Positions 38,497 through 52,182 of a stretch of 64,000 bases of DNA are shown here, one piece after another. Numbering within the stretch: the stretch's first letter is position 1; the number at the start of each line of letters is the position of its first letter. Location of the stretch: contig JAVKOQ020000025.1 of the NCBI GenBank assembly GCA_031835245.2, forward strand, positions 1 to 64,000, in the 5' to 3' direction. The translations under genes and the position numbers were made by a program. The stretch is from Balamuthia mandrillaris. Its lineage: Eukaryota. The notes under the pieces were generated by a model. It saw nothing but the letters and a program-made list of their open reading frames with translations, was not told the DNA's origin and searched no databases.

Positions 38497-39439
38497 CAAA
38501 ACTAGTGCAGAGGTACCTTCTTCTACCTTTTTTTTTTTGTTGTTGTTCGCTGTCTTTGTGCTACACCGATTTGCTGCTTGTTTGCTTGTTGGTTTTCAAC
38601 TTTTTCTCCAACCCGCTACGTTTTTCCAAAACACCAAAAAAAATAAAATATAAAAAACACGAAAGAAAGAGCCACAGAGCAGGCCTGCTTTGTCTTGCTT
38701 TGTGGGTGTCTCAAAAAAATAAAATAAAAAAAGAATGGTTGTCTTCTCAAAGACCACCCAAGGGGAGGAACGAATGACCCACGGCCGGCGGTTGTCTTCC
38801 CTCTGCAACTCCGCAAAGGTAGGCAGGTAGGGCGGGTGCACTCCCTCGCTATCCCTTTTTCTTTTTCTTTTTCTCTTGCCGTCGGATTGGATTGCTCGGC
38901 TCTCTTTATCACGTCGACACGAACCATCAACGGGATAGTGCCAAGGCGCTCCTATTTGCCCTAGAGCAGTTGGCTGCAAGCGAGATAGGGAAAGAAAAGG
39001 AGAACGACTTTTGTCGTTGGTAACGGGTCCCGGCCTCCAACGCAAACTCAGCTGAATTCCCCCCATCATCCCATGCAAAAGCAAGTCAAACCGAGAGAAA
39101 CGCTAAGCAGTGTTAGCCGTGTTTTTTTTGAGGTAGCTACCATCACGTCGACGTGGATTAACCACAATTTTTTTGTTCGGTCCGCAAAAAATGCCAGTCA
39201 CGTCATCCCTGTCGACAGTATTTAAATTTTAATTTCTTGAAGGTTAACCTTAAATTTTAAGTAACCCTTAAAAAGAAAAAAGGAGGAGGAGGAAAGGAGA
39301 AGAGAAGAAGAGAAGGGGAGGCGGTTCTTTTTTTTTTTTTGAGGCCACCTTTTTTTTGTTTTTCTCTGCTGAAAGTACCACCAAAACAACTCAGAAGAGA
39401 GGGAAGCCACTCGCGTGTCGGGCTCTTTTGGATATCATC

Positions 39440-41616
39440 ATGGCGTCGGCGGTTTTCATACTGGACCTCAAGGGCAAGGTCCTGATGTCGCGTGACTACA
39501 GGGGGGACACCTCCTCCAACGTGGCCGACCGTTTTATGACCTTGCTGCTGAAGGAGGAGGACATCAACGTGAAGCCCATCTTTTACGACGACGGCATCAA
39601 CTACATTTACGTCAAGTACAAGAACGTGTACAGTTGCGTATTTTTTTTTGTGCAATCGAATCTTCGAAGATTTCATGCTACCTTTTTTTTTTCAACTTTC
39701 TTCCCAGTGATTTGTTTTGTTTTTCATTTTAAACGCTGATCTGTTTTTTTTTTTAAAATAAAACCCAGTACTGGCAGTGACAAAGAAGAATGTAGACGCT
39801 ACCATGATTTTGTTCTTCTTGCATAGGCTTGTTAAGGTACCTGTTGTTTTCTTTTGATTTGTTTACTTCTCTTCCCCCTCTCTCTCGCCCTCTCTCTCGC
39901 CCTCTCTCTCGCCCCCTCTCTCGCCCTCTCTCTCTCTCGCACCCTCTCCCTCTTCTCTTCTCTCTCCACTACTCTCCCTCTCCCCTCTCTCTGATCCTTC
40001 TCTCGTTGCTCTCGTCTCTCGCTTCTCTTGTCCTTTCCCTTTCTCGCTGTTTCTCATCTCTATCTCTCTTTCTCGCTTTCAAAAAAAAAAGGTATTTTGT
40101 GCATATTTTGAGGACGTAGAAGAGGAAAGCATTCGCGACAACTTTGTCATCATTTATGAGCTCTTGGACGAGATGATGGTACGTTCTGTCTGCCTCCTCC
40201 CCTTCGTTTTTTAGTTTCGTTTACCATCTCTGGGGTGCTTTTTCTCTTACATTGGTCTCTGTCTCTTTTCCTTCTCTTTCTCTATAAAAATTCAAGGACT
40301 TTGGCTATCCTCAACTATCTGACGCCAGCGTGCTCAAAGAGTATGTTTTGCTTTCCTCGTTCTTACACTCTCCAAAATGAGGTGCACTGCACTTCAACCG
40401 AGCTATCCTCTATTTTATTCTTCTTTCTTACTCTTGTTCTTTCTTTCTTTGTCAACTTTTCAGTTTTATCACGCAAGACTTTTACAAGCTGGAAGTGGAG
40501 CCGCAAGCCATTAGCACGCGGTTGACCGGTAAGGTGCAGCACAGAGCGCCAGGCATTCGCTACCGCAAGAACGAGGTCTTCCTGGACGTGGTGGAGAGCT
40601 TGAACGTGCTCGTGGCTGCCAATGGCACCGTTCTCAACTCGGAGATTGTTGGAAAGATCAAGGTCAAGTGTTTCCTCAGCGGTATGCCTGAGCTCAGGCT
40701 TGGATTCAATGACAGAGTTCAGTTTGAACGTAAAATGTGTACGTATTTTCTTTTTCTTTTTTTTTTGGGTCACTTTGTGAAATCCTTCCCTTATTCTTAA
40801 CTTTGTTTACATCCAAACAGCGCTAAAGAAGAAGAACGCGATAGAGCTGGAGGGAGTGACCTTCCATCAATGTGTAGGTCTCACTCGTTTCGAGAGCGAC
40901 CGCACCATCAGCTTTGTGCCGCCGGACGGCGAGTTTGAGCTGATGTCCTACCGCCTCAACACCCGCGCGCGACCCCTCATCTGGGTGGAAGCCATCGTCG
41001 AGAGCCACAAGGGCAGCAGGGTGGAGTACCTCGTCAAGGTGCGCTCCCAGTTTAACCCCAGGCTGACCGCCAACAACGTGGCCATCTTCGTGCCTGTGCC
41101 CCCCGATGCCGACTCTCCCAAGCTTAGGGTTTGTACTTTTCTTTTGTCTTATCGTTGCTCCTTTTTTTTATTCATTCATTTTTATTTCAGACAAATTCTT
41201 TGTGGACGGGCCAAGTCAAGTACGTTCCTGAGAGAAACGCCATTCTTTGGTTCATCCCGAAGTTCCAGGGCGGTCGCGAGTTTTTGATGCGCGCTCACTT
41301 TGGACTTCCCTCCACCACCAGCGGTACTTCCTCTTTTCTCTTTTTTCTTTCTCTCTTTGTGGTTTCTCTTTTTCTTTTTCTTTTTGTTCTTTTCTTTGTC
41401 GCTGTCGTTTATCGTTCTCACAAACCAAAAAAAAAAATTATAGAGGAACAAGTGGAAGCACGACCACCGATAACAGTTCGTTTCGAGATCCCTTACTTCT
41501 GTTTGAGTGGGCTGCAGGTGCGTTACTTGAAGATCTTTGAGAAGTCAGGCTATCAAGCGCTGCCTTGGGTCCGTTACATCACTCAAAGCGGAGACTATCA
41601 ACTTCGTCTCTCTTAA
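39440..41616 (+). CDS. AP1M: Clathrin adaptor AP-1 complex mu subunit (multi-exon)
   Basis: MASAVFILDLKGKVLMSRDYRGD, EEESIRDNFVIIYELLDEMM|DFGYPQ, YRKNEVFLDV, LSGMPELRLG, SGYQALPWVRYITQSGDYQLR. Confidence 0.96.
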
Positions 41617-41837
41617 GACGGAAGGAGAGAGGTTCAAACACAAAAAACGAAAAGACCAGAGGGGGGTGAGGGTGATGGGGACAGGGATAGGCGCAAGAGA
41701 GAGAAAGGAAGAAAGAAAGGATGGAGACGTGAAGGTTCTTTTTTTCTTTTTTTTTTAACAACAAAAAGATGTACCACAGAAATAAGAGATTCAATCACTC
41801 ACTCCCGCTTTACAATTTACTTTTTCAACAAAGCAAG

Positions 41838-41896
<59 letters not shown>

Positions 41897-42077
41897 GGAG
41901 AGAGAGGTTGTTGTTTGCTCAAGGGACACTTTTTTCCTTTTTTTAATTTTTGTGGACATCTCAGGAAATTTCTGTGACCTGTTTTTATTGTAGACAATAA
42001 CCCCTCAGTCATTGTTTCTCCGTGTCGTCTTGGCAGGTAACCTTTCCACTGAAAAAAAAAAAAACAGAAAAATAAAG

Positions 42078-42834
42078 ATGTTGGATCAGCTTCCAACAGA
42101 GTTGCTCTCCCTGACGTTTGAGTTTCTGGAGACCAACGAGCTCTTTCCGCGATGCTTCTTGACGTGCAAGGCATTTCTGAACGCCATACTTGATGACTAC
42201 GCCTGGAAAGAAAGATGCGCTCGCGACTTGTCCCTCGTGGAACCTACCTCCCCTTCCTGGTTGCAAACATATAAAGGTATATAGTTTTTGTGTGTTCACA
42301 TCTCTTCTTGTTCTTCTGCTTCTGCTTCTTGTTGTCTTATGTTGTTCTTGTTCTTGTTCTTCTCCTTCTCCTTCTCCTTCTCCTTCTCCTTCTCCTTCTC
42401 CTTCTCCTTCTCCTTCTCCTTCTCCTTCTCCTTCTCCTTCTCCTTCTCCTTCTCCTTCTCCTTCTCCTTCTCCTTCTCCTTCTCCTTCTCCTTCTCCTTC
42501 TCCTTCTCCTTCTCCTTCTCCTTCTTCTTCTTCTTCTCCTTCTCCTTCGTTCGTCGTTCTTCGTTCGTCGTTCTTCGTTCTTCGTTCTTCGTTCTTCTCC
42601 TTCGTTCTTCTTGTTTCTCTTGTGGTCTATTCTTAAAACAACAAAAGAAAATCTATTGGTGTGGGACCCCGAACATGCGACGTTGGGGGTGACAGAACGA
42701 GAAGCGTTGAGCCAACGGCTTTATGGAGAGCGTAAACAGGGCAGCTCCGTCGCTTCCAGCGTAATTCATAGCGGAGAGAACAAGAACTTTTTCTTCAACA
42801 AGAATGTGGTCCTGTGGAATGGACCTTTGTTCGT

Positions 42835-42874
<40 letters not shown>

Positions 42875-43206
42875 TCTCCTCTTTCTTTGTTGTTCCTCTT
42901 TCCTCTCGGCTGACAACATGCTTTCAAAAAACCTATACTAAACAGCGGCTACGTTTCCGCTCGTACAAAGCGTTGTTACGCAGCAGGCTCCCACAAAATC
43001 GCGTTTGAGGTGGTTGGCTTCAAAGGCTCTCACATCTTTGGCCTGGGCCTCGTGGACGAGAATTGGGATTGTCGGCTGCACGCTTTCGCCACGGACACAA
43101 ATAGGAGTTGGTGTTGGTGTCGTCAAAGAGGTTGTTCTCATGCTGGTTTGTATTCGCTTCTTTCTTGTTCTTTTCCTCTCGTTCTTTCCTATCTCTTTCT
43201 CTGCTC

Positions 43207-43237
<31 letters not shown>

Positions 43238-43604
43238 GCTCTCTCTGCTCTCTTCTCCTCGCTTCTCCTCTCTTCGTGCCTTTTTCCTCACTTTCTCTGC
43301 CACGAAACCAGTGACCGGCATGGATGCCGACTCAAGAGAACGACCAGGCAAAAGCGCTTTACCAGGATGGGAAGTGGGCGATATCTTGGTCTTTTGGATC
43401 CAATTTGAGTCCAACAACAAAAAGGATCCGTTCGCCAGGACCATTCGCCTCTACAAGAACGGGCAATGGTGCGAGACGATCGCCATGCCGCAAGACCTCA
43501 AGAAGCTGTGGCCCGTTGCTTCGCTGTACGGAGCGGGGGATAGCCTCAAGGTTTATCCGTTCTTTGGAGAACTTCCAGAGGGCAAACCTCCCAGTAGCGC
43601 CTAA
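42078..43604 (+). CDS. F-box protein with a SPRY-like C-terminal domain (multi-exon)
   Basis: MLDQLPTELLSLTFEFLETNELFPRCFLTCKAF..DDYAWK; C-terminal WEVGDILVF..IRLYKNG..LWPVASLYGAGDSL. Confidence 0.8.
42358..42546. repeat. (TCCTTC)n intronic microsatellite
   Basis: Long near-perfect hexamer array inside intron 1 of the F-box gene. Confidence 0.95.
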
Positions 43605-43640
43605 GAGGTGTATGTACAATGGATATCTGTCCTTATTCTA

Positions 43641-44995
43641 TCATAAAGGGGTTCCTTGGTCCTCTCCATCGTACTCCTCCTCGTCCTCTTCTTGTTCTTC
43701 TTCTTCTTCTTCTTCTTCTTCTTCTTCTTCTTCTTCATCCACTTCCTCTTGTTCTTCCTCTGCGTCGTCATCATCCACTTCTTGTTCTTCTTCGTCTTCC
43801 ACTTCTTCGTCATCCACTTCTTCATCATTATCGAACTCAAACCATACGCCATGGTCCTCCTCTTCCTCCTCCGAGCTTGTTTCTTCTCCCTCTTTCTCTC
43901 TTTCGTCTTCCTTCTTTATCTTTCGTTTCACTTCTTCGTCAGCATAATAGAACTGCTCGAGTTCTGGTTGAGGGATTCCTCCGAATGGAGACCAAATGTC
44001 TTCCGCTAGAGCCTGCGGCAGATGAGCAAACCAGTCTATTCCTTTGAACTTGTGGATGTGTTGCCGAATAGTTTCTATCGCCATTCGATATAACGGTTTG
44101 ACACCCATTTTAGAGAAACGGAGGATCCCTCCTGTGTTGGTGCACGAGAGTCAGCATGCCAACAAAGAAAGTTGGAGAAAGCAAACAAAGATGATAAACG
44201 TATCTACTAGAATAGTGTGCTCTCGTTGCGCTCACGAAGAGATCTCCTTCAGGAGAGAAACAAAGGCCACAAAGTGAATTCAGCCTGAGAGGTAATTGAA
44301 TAACTTGTTTTGATATTTTGCCGGATGGATGTTCCACAGAAGAAGCAACAGCAGAGGAAGCGGAAGAAGAAGAAGAAGAAGAGGAGGAGGAGGAAAGTGA
44401 GGAGAAGAGTTCAATGACGTGAATTTGGCCTTTAGATTGTCCGCAGATGAGCAACGTCTTCTTTTGTTGCTGCTGCATTTCGTCCTCCGCTTCCACTTCC
44501 ACGAAGCGAGCAAATACCATTCTGAAAACATCCCTCCATTTGCCTATCTCTTCTTCCTCTGCGTCGTTCGAACTTGCGGGTGTTTCTTTTGTTGTGGGCG
44601 TGCTGAAGACCATCGATTCATCTGGAATGTGAGCCGTATTCACCAACCTCTTCACTTTGAGTAGAGAGAATATGAGGAACTGAAGAACAAATAGAAGAAG
44701 ACAAACGAATGATGCAGAAAGAACAGTAACGATGAGAAGAAAGTACCAATAGAAGGAAGAACGCCAACTGACCAGAAAGTGCGTAAGAGGAGAGGTAGCC
44801 TGCTGTCTTCAGTTGGCCTGGAATAGAGCAAGCAGCATCCAGCCTCTGCCGCTATGGCAAAGAATGATGAGCTGCAGTCCCAAGACACCATGTTTAAGCC
44901 ATCCCGTGTTCCGAATTCGTGTTTGTCACTTATACTTTGTATGTCGAGAGTAAGGAAACCGGACAGAAAGCATACAAATGGAGAGAGAGAGAGAC

Positions 44996-45036
<41 letters not shown>

Positions 45037-45702
45037 GAGAATACGTTGGCACAATATGCGTTAGAGAGTAGTGTCCATCACTAACATCAAATACCCAAAA
45101 CATTGCCTTATCGCCTTTTCAATTTTGTAAGACACCAACACGAAGAATAACATTAATAGACGAAGAAGCATAAGCAAGAAAAGCAACTAACAAAAGAAAT
45201 AACAAGAAAAAAAAAGAAGGTGAGGTAAAGTAAAAGAGCCCAGAATAATATAGAAGTAAAAACCAACCAATGGCTATCATCCATTTTCCATCAGGACTAA
45301 CAACGCTGGCATTAACGGCGCATCCGCGCCCATAATAAGAAGCATAAACTGATGTGGAGTATAGCAACTGCATATCAGGAAGTTTGAATGCTGTTTTGTC
45401 AAAAAGTAGAACAAAGAGAAAGTAAATTAGAATGTAGCCGAGCAGGCAAAAGAACAACAAACCTTGGATGGCATTGCGGCCATCGTTGTTGGACACGATC
45501 AGCCGCAGTTCATCCTTATAGCGATGTGCTGATAGAGAATTGCACATTCTTCCTAAAACGAGAAGGAACAATACCAGAGCAACCCGAGAGGAGAGAGAGT
45601 TAAACTCTGAAAAGAAGAAAGAAGGGACAGAAGAACAAGAACGAGGAGAAGAAGAAGAAGAAGAAGAACAAGAAGAACAAGAAGAACTAGAAAAAGAACT
45701 AG

Positions 45703-45788
<86 letters not shown>

Positions 45789-46700
45789 AACAACAACAAC
45801 AACAACAACAACAAACAACAACATAAGACAACAACATAAGACAACAACATAAGACAACAACATAAGACAACAACAACAACAACAACAACAACATAAGACA
45901 ACAACAACAACAACAACATAAGACAACAACAACAACATAAGACAACAACAACAACAACAACATAAGACAACAACAACATAAGACAACAGAAAGAAGCTGG
46001 GAAACAAAAAAAAAGATGGCTATTGTGTCGACGTTACCTGCTATCGAGCCGGAAAAGAGCGAGGTGTGCCCTTGTAGCCGATCGATGACATGTATGCAAG
46101 AACCAGGTCCGCCCACAACAAGGTACCTCTCCACCAACAGAAAGCAGGTCAGCACACGGCTTTCATTCTGTGCTACGTCCGTCGTGACATCCAACACATC
46201 TTCTTTCTGTTTGTTTTGATGAGCAACAAGAAGGATAAGATAGAGAAGAAGAAGAAGAAGAAGAAGAAGAAGAAGAAGAAACCTTTCCAGTGAGAAGGTT
46301 GTAGCGAACTACTTTGTGACGCTGTTTGATGTAGAGGTCCGACGAGTCGCTGCTGCACAGAAGGTTGTCTTGCAGCTGGTAGTGAGCGGCTTGGGCCACG
46401 AGGTTGTACTCTTCCGTCGGCTTTGCCGAGAAAAAGGTCATGTTTGTTTCGTCGTAGTCGTTTTCTCCTTCCCACTCTCCTCGACACCGCTTTCGCTCCG
46501 TCATCAGCCGCCGAAAGGGAATGCTTTCTTCTTTGTTGCTTTTTTTTTGTGCGGTTGCGACACGATAGGGTACAGCCTACGCCTCCACGATGTCCTGATT
46601 TCCCACTCAGAAATGAGTCTGTCGTTCTGCTACCCTTTCTTGCTTGCAGAAATACTAGCGACACGATAAGGGACAGAAGGCGCTTCCGTAACGTCCATTT
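43641..46700 (-). CDS. DUF2415-like WD40 protein with a C-terminal SOCS/BC-box-like motif and acidic tail; 5' end uncertain
   Basis: HYQLQDNLLCS..DLY, YLVVGG, VSNND, VNASVVSPDGKWMIAIG, VSWDCSSSFFAIAAEAG, LCGLCFSPEG; terminal VKPLYRMAIETIRQHI..LPQALAEDI. Confidence 0.7.
45700..45987. repeat. (CAA)n array punctuated by CATAAGA units, intronic
   Basis: A pure CAA run followed by repeated CAACATAAGACAA variants. Confidence 0.9.
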
Positions 46701-46940
46701 TCTTGCATGTTATGTAGCGCAACGAATCTGTGCTCGTTTTTACTCTTTTACTTGGAAGCAAGCAATGTAACATTCAATGGAGGAACGGAGTGAACAGCTT
46801 TCCTTGTTCTTCTTCTTGGTCTTCTTCTTCTTCTTGTTCTTCTTCTTGTTCTTCTTGTTCTTCTTGTTCTTCTTCTTCTTCTTCTTCTTCTTCTTGTTCT
46901 TCTTCTTCTTTCTCTCTGTCTTTCTCCCCTTTCGTCCTCT

Positions 46941-48165
46941 TCAGTTGCGATAGAGAGAGGAGGCGTCCCCTTCCAATGGCTCTTCTTCCTCCTCTTCCTC
47001 TCCATCATCCGAGAAGGCATCCTGCAACTTCAACAACGCATTGGTCATGAAGTTGATGGCAAAGCCCTTGTAAAAGCCCCAAACGCCCTCCTCCTCCATG
47101 ATCTTCTTGGCGGTGGCCACCACTCCGCCATACAAAACCTGCCCCAGCCCGCTTGGCCCATCGGCAAGATCAACATAGTGGGCAGCACGATGCTCCAACC
47201 TTGCCAGGATGACTTCCATGGGGGAGGAGAGCAAGCATTGAAGCCCGGTGGCAGCCAAGACCACAGCAGTCTGGCCGATGTAAAACTGGAGCTGTGCTGA
47301 CAACCGCTTGGAACGTTCCACCTGCTCTTCCGTCCACAGCCCGTCGTCAAACGCTCCAAAGTAGCCCTCCTGGTCCTCCCTGCCTTTCAACTCGGAGGCG
47401 AACGGCATTTGCCAAACCTCTCTTCTCATCCACTTGGCGAGGTAAGAGCTGAGATAGGTGTCCAGCTGCTCCAGGTTGCTCAAGTACATGGTGGCAGGCA
47501 AGCCCAACCAGAAGCCATTACGATTGGTGAACATGCCCACAAAGAACTCCGCCCAAGAACCTGCCGATGTGCTTTTGCTTCCTCCTCCTTCTTGTTGAGA
47601 AGAAGAAGGAGGAGGCAGAGGGAGAAGAGGCATAACAAAGGAAGTGCTCCAAAGCACGGAGACGGGGTGGAGAAAGAGGCCGGCAACGGTTCCCCCGAGG
47701 GAGTAGGAGAGCAGGCGGAGCGGGTGCAAAGGCGAAGCCGCTTTGGAAGGCACACGAAAGGCAAGTTGAAACGCGGACCTGACCTGACCTGTTCGTTTGG
47801 TTGTTGATCGTTTCAGTCAAAGAAAAGAAAAACGAAAACGACAAAGTAGTACTTGTAAGAACCCAGCTAGCCGTGGAATACAAAACAGCTCCTCCGAAAG
47901 CCTTGGCGAGCGAGAAAGCCCTCCTGTGGCGCCACCAAATGAGGTAGCTGTCCCGCACGTCCCCAGGGAGGCGAGCAAACGTGGCCAAAAGGCCTTTGGT
48001 CAGCCCGGTGGAGCCCACCGAGGCCATCAACCGTTCCGCGTGGGCGCGCGTGCAGATGAGGGCGGACGGCCACGCCACGCCGGACAACAGTAAGGTAGCG
48101 AACGGTTCGACATAGTACCACGTCGTCTGTGAATCCTCCTGTGCGGCAGCAGGCGCAAGGTTCAT
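46941..48165 (-). CDS. Divergent mitochondrial carrier family protein (SLC25A46/Ugo1/MTCH-like), 2 exons
   Basis: Only the last carrier repeat is canonical (SPMEVILARL..YGGVVATAKKIMEEEGVWGFYKGF); the earlier ones are degenerate (WPSALICTR, HPVSVL). Confidence 0.7.
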
Positions 48166-48355
48166 CTTTCTCTTTCTTTCTTTTTCTTAGAAATTATTAA
48201 TATTATTGGGATATGCTGATAATTCTCATTTTATTGAACGATTATCGTCAGTCCACGTCATACACAAAAAGATCAAGTGAGATGAAGATCGTTTAGAATT
48301 TTGATTTTTGATTGGCGCCTTGTTAAAATCAAAAATTGTGTCGCTTGGTGGGAAG

Positions 48356-49410
48356 TCATTCCATCAAGGCTTCTCGCTCTTCATGCTCTGGTTCAATCAC
48401 AACAAGTTCTTGTTGTTGTTGATGATGTCCATGCTCTTCCTCATCTCCTATCAGTACAGCAGTCATCTGTTCTTGTTGCTGTTGTTGAAGTTGCTCTGCT
48501 CCTTCTTCTTCTTCCCCTCCTCCCACCACGGCTCCTTCGCCCATGGCTCCTTCCCGTTCTTCTCCCTCTTCAATCTCAAAGTCGTCCGGCGTAAGCTCCG
48601 GTCTTTCCTTCTCTCTCCCCACAAAGTTGCTCACCATCCCTTTCTTCTTCTTGAATATGACCCGCTTGTAGTGCACCAGGTCCTGGCTGTTGAGCGTCTT
48701 CCACCTGCGCCAGCACTGGTTGTCGGTGCGCATCGGCATCATTTGGGCCACTTGGGACCATTTGCCAAGCCCGTGCTGCGCGATGGCTTCGCGAAGCTTC
48801 TCGTCCTCTTCATTCGTCCATGGCCCGTTGTTCACTCCTGGATTCAATACATTCATCCACCTGTTTATTTAATTTTTTGTTCCGTTAGTCAGACAGGGAA
48901 AGAGCGAAAAGAGCAAAGCGAGCAAAGGGAAAAAGAAAGGAAGAGAGAAGGAAAGGAGCGAAAATACCGTTCACGACACTGGACATCAGTTCTTCCGGGA
49001 ACGTGAGATTGTATTTTGATCCAATTCTTATGGCCATAAGCTTTCACTGCCAACGTTAACAACTATGGTTTGGTGAAGCGATGAGCGCCTTCCCTAAACA
49101 ACAAATGTAGTAAAAAGGAAAGAAGGAAGATAGATTACCATGTCTTCATGAGCGGTCCATCGCCCGCGTCGTATTTCGGGGTTGAGCGTCTTTTGCCAAC
49201 GATGCAGACATTGCTGCCCGGTTCGTCCTTCTAAACAGTTAGCCACTTGTTGCCAGTTTTTCTCTCCATATCGCTTTACGGCTTCTACTAATGTTTTGTT
49301 TTCTTCCTCTGTCCACTTACTATAGTTTGTTCAACGGTTATAACGAGAAACGATAGGCGAGAACGAATGAAAGCATAGCGAGGAAAGGGGGAGAAGGAAA
49401 GAAAGGGAAG

Positions 49411-49442
<32 letters not shown>

Positions 49443-49558
49443 TTTAAACCTTCTCATCATATTGGTATTTAAGCTGCGTTGATATCGTTTAAAGCATTGA
49501 ACAGGCGTTCTATTTGTCTTCAAATAGAACAGGAAAAAGCCAAGTTAATAAACATAAC

Positions 49559-49600
<42 letters not shown>

Positions 49601-51856
49601 AAACCCCCAATTCACGAGCGATTGTTTCCCAATCATGTCCTTTGTATTTCTTAGCGAGCTCAAGGAGCCTCTTGTCTTCTTGCTTGGTGAACGACCGTTT
49701 GTTAATGCTCGGGTGTTGGTTTTGAAGCCATTGTATCTTACAATCAATGGCACTTCTACTTGGAACCTGTTGTAGGTTTCATCGCAACAAAAGTTAGAAT
49801 AGAACGAAAGAAAGAAAACAGAATGGAGGACAAATGTACAAAGTTCTTCGAGATGTTTTCCCATTCGATTCCTTCTGTGTTTTTCTCAAGTTCTTCGGCA
49901 GACAAGTTCCGAATAATCTCTGTTTCGCAGTTAAACATCTCCACTGTCTTTTGGCCCATGTGATATCTTTTGAGTGGAGGAATAAAAAGAGAAAATCAGA
50001 TACAGAACTAAAGATTGCAGAAACGTAAACGAAAAGAGGAATAAAATGGATAATGCTACAATTGGGAGAGAGAGAAAGAAAGAAGAGAAAGAAAGGAAGG
50101 AAGGAAAGAAAGAAAGAAAGAAAGAAAGAAAGGAACGACAAGAAAGAAAGAAGGATGAGAGGACAAAGAGTACAATTCCATGAGTCGATTAAACATAATT
50201 TGTTGATTGGCTTGTCGTATTCCCTGTCTCAACTGATTTAATTCTTGTTTGCTCCCTATAAATATCAAAAAAGAAATAATAACATCAACGAATAAGCGAA
50301 CAGCTTAACCAAAATAAAAAGGTTTTAAAAGAACTAAACAAAAGAAAAACGTACATTTCTTTGCCTTTAGAGTCGATTGTACTTTCTAAACAGAGAAAGA
50401 GAAAAAAAACTGTTAGATAAAACGAAAAAGGGAACGAGTGGTAAGACAAACACACCTCTAACAGTCGACGACGCCGTATAGCGTCCTGATTATCTGGTGG
50501 GGTCTGTTAATGATGAGAAAAGCAAACGAGATGTCAGATAGGTAACGCAAAGAAAAGACGAGACGTAGAGCAGGTTAGAACAGAGAGCAAGAAGCAAATA
50601 ACAGCGCAGCAGGAAAACACATAAAGAAGAGAAACAAAGAAAGGAGAGAAGGGAAGAGAAGAAGAGAATTAACAAACCATTCCATCCGACGTCGTGAAGT
50701 AAGAAGTGCCTTTCTTATGTGGGCCGATCCTACTCCCAAAGATGGCCGGCGGAGCCAACACCCCGGCTGCTCCTTTCCGCCCTCCTCCTGCCGCTGCCGC
50801 AGCGGCAGCATTAGCGATAGCCCCGCTCTTCTTGTTCTGTGCGATGACCGATCTCAACCGTTTTTGCAGTTCCTGGTTTCGATGGCGGGCTTCCTCGATG
50901 TTGCGCAGCTGCTCCTTGAGCACGGCCTGAAACTGCCTGTTCAGCTCGAGGGCGGAGCGAAAGTCCACCGGCTGTACACCCAGCGGCGGGAAGTGAGACA
51001 AATGGTGGCTCACCTGCGGCCCTTGCTCGTGCTGCTCTTGCAACAGTGCATTGGTGGCCGCTTCCTCTTCTTCTTCTCCTCCTCTTCCTTCGTGATGCTG
51101 TTGTTGATGGTGGTGAGAAAGGTGCGGATGAACAAGCGTTTCTTCATGAGGAGGATGAGGGTGAGCAGGAGGGTGTTGCAGGGAGGAGAGAAGGTTCTGC
51201 GCAATAGCAGCAACGGAGGCCTCGCCCAGCGGAGGAAATTGGGAGATGCCCTCCTCCGCTGCCTCATCCAACAACATGGAGAGCTGATGAAAGTCATGGT
51301 GGTGGTTGTTTGCTAGTTGTTGTTGGTGGTGTTGCTGCTGCTTGTCCCTCTCCTCCTCTTCTTCTTTTATTTCTTCATCGGCTCTGTTGCTATTGTTGCT
51401 GTTAGACGTTCGCAGTTGGGTGTAGAGGTGATCCCTCAAATGCTCGTTGCCGACAACCACTACCGGTGGTTGGTGTGCTGCTGCTCCTTCCTCGCTTTTC
51501 TCTTCTTCTTCTTCTTCCTCCTCATCCATCCTCTGGTGAGGGTGAGGGTGAGGCGTCCTTGTGAAAAAAGTGGAAGAAGTAGAGGAAGCCGCCGCTTGTT
51601 GGTGGTGAAGCTGGTGATGTTGTTGCAGCAGCAGTTGCTTCACTGCTGCTGCGCCCCCTGCCGCCACTCCCAGCCCACCCACCAAGGCTTGCTTGAGCTG
51701 CTTGAGGTCCTTGTCGAGCTCCAGCGCCTCCGTGTCCTCCACCACCACCGCCCCATGGTGCTGCTCATGTTCGTGCTCATCATGCTCGCTCTTCGGCGGG
51801 GGCGTGGCGGGCTGCTGCTGCTCATGATGATGCTGCGGGTGGCGAGAGTTGAACAT
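48356..51856 (-). CDS. SNAPC4: SNAPc subunit 4 (SNAP190)-like multi-repeat Myb protein (multi-exon)
   Basis: [16 protein letters not shown] coiled coil; successive Myb repeats ([57 protein letters not shown]). Confidence 0.8.
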
Positions 51857-52065
51857 GCGGAATAGAGGAGAGAAAAGCTATTGTGGTATTCCGCCAAAGA
51901 AAGAAAGAGCAAATAGAAAGGAGGGGAGATGAGGGTCTCCGCTACGCTGTTCTCCCAAAATTTTTTGTCGCTCTTTTTTTTTTGTTTGCTTTCCCGTCGT
52001 GTTGTTTGAGGAGTGAGCGGTTTGGTTGTGTCGACGATAAACAAAGCGAAGAAATTTCTCTGACA

Positions 52066-52140
52066 TGACGTCAGCAATTTTGTTTGAGGAGCAAGAATAG
52101 ATCACATGGAAATTTCGATGATCGTATGTGAATGACGTCA
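52066..52140. promoter_or_regulatory. Two perfect CRE/ATF palindromes (TGACGTCA) in the divergent SNAPC4-cyclophilin promoter
   Basis: TGACGTCA at 52066-52073 and 52133-52140 within a ~330-bp intergenic region. Confidence 0.5.
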
Positions 52141-52182
52141 GAGTGGATGTCGACAAAAAGGAGACAACAAAAAAAAAACGAA

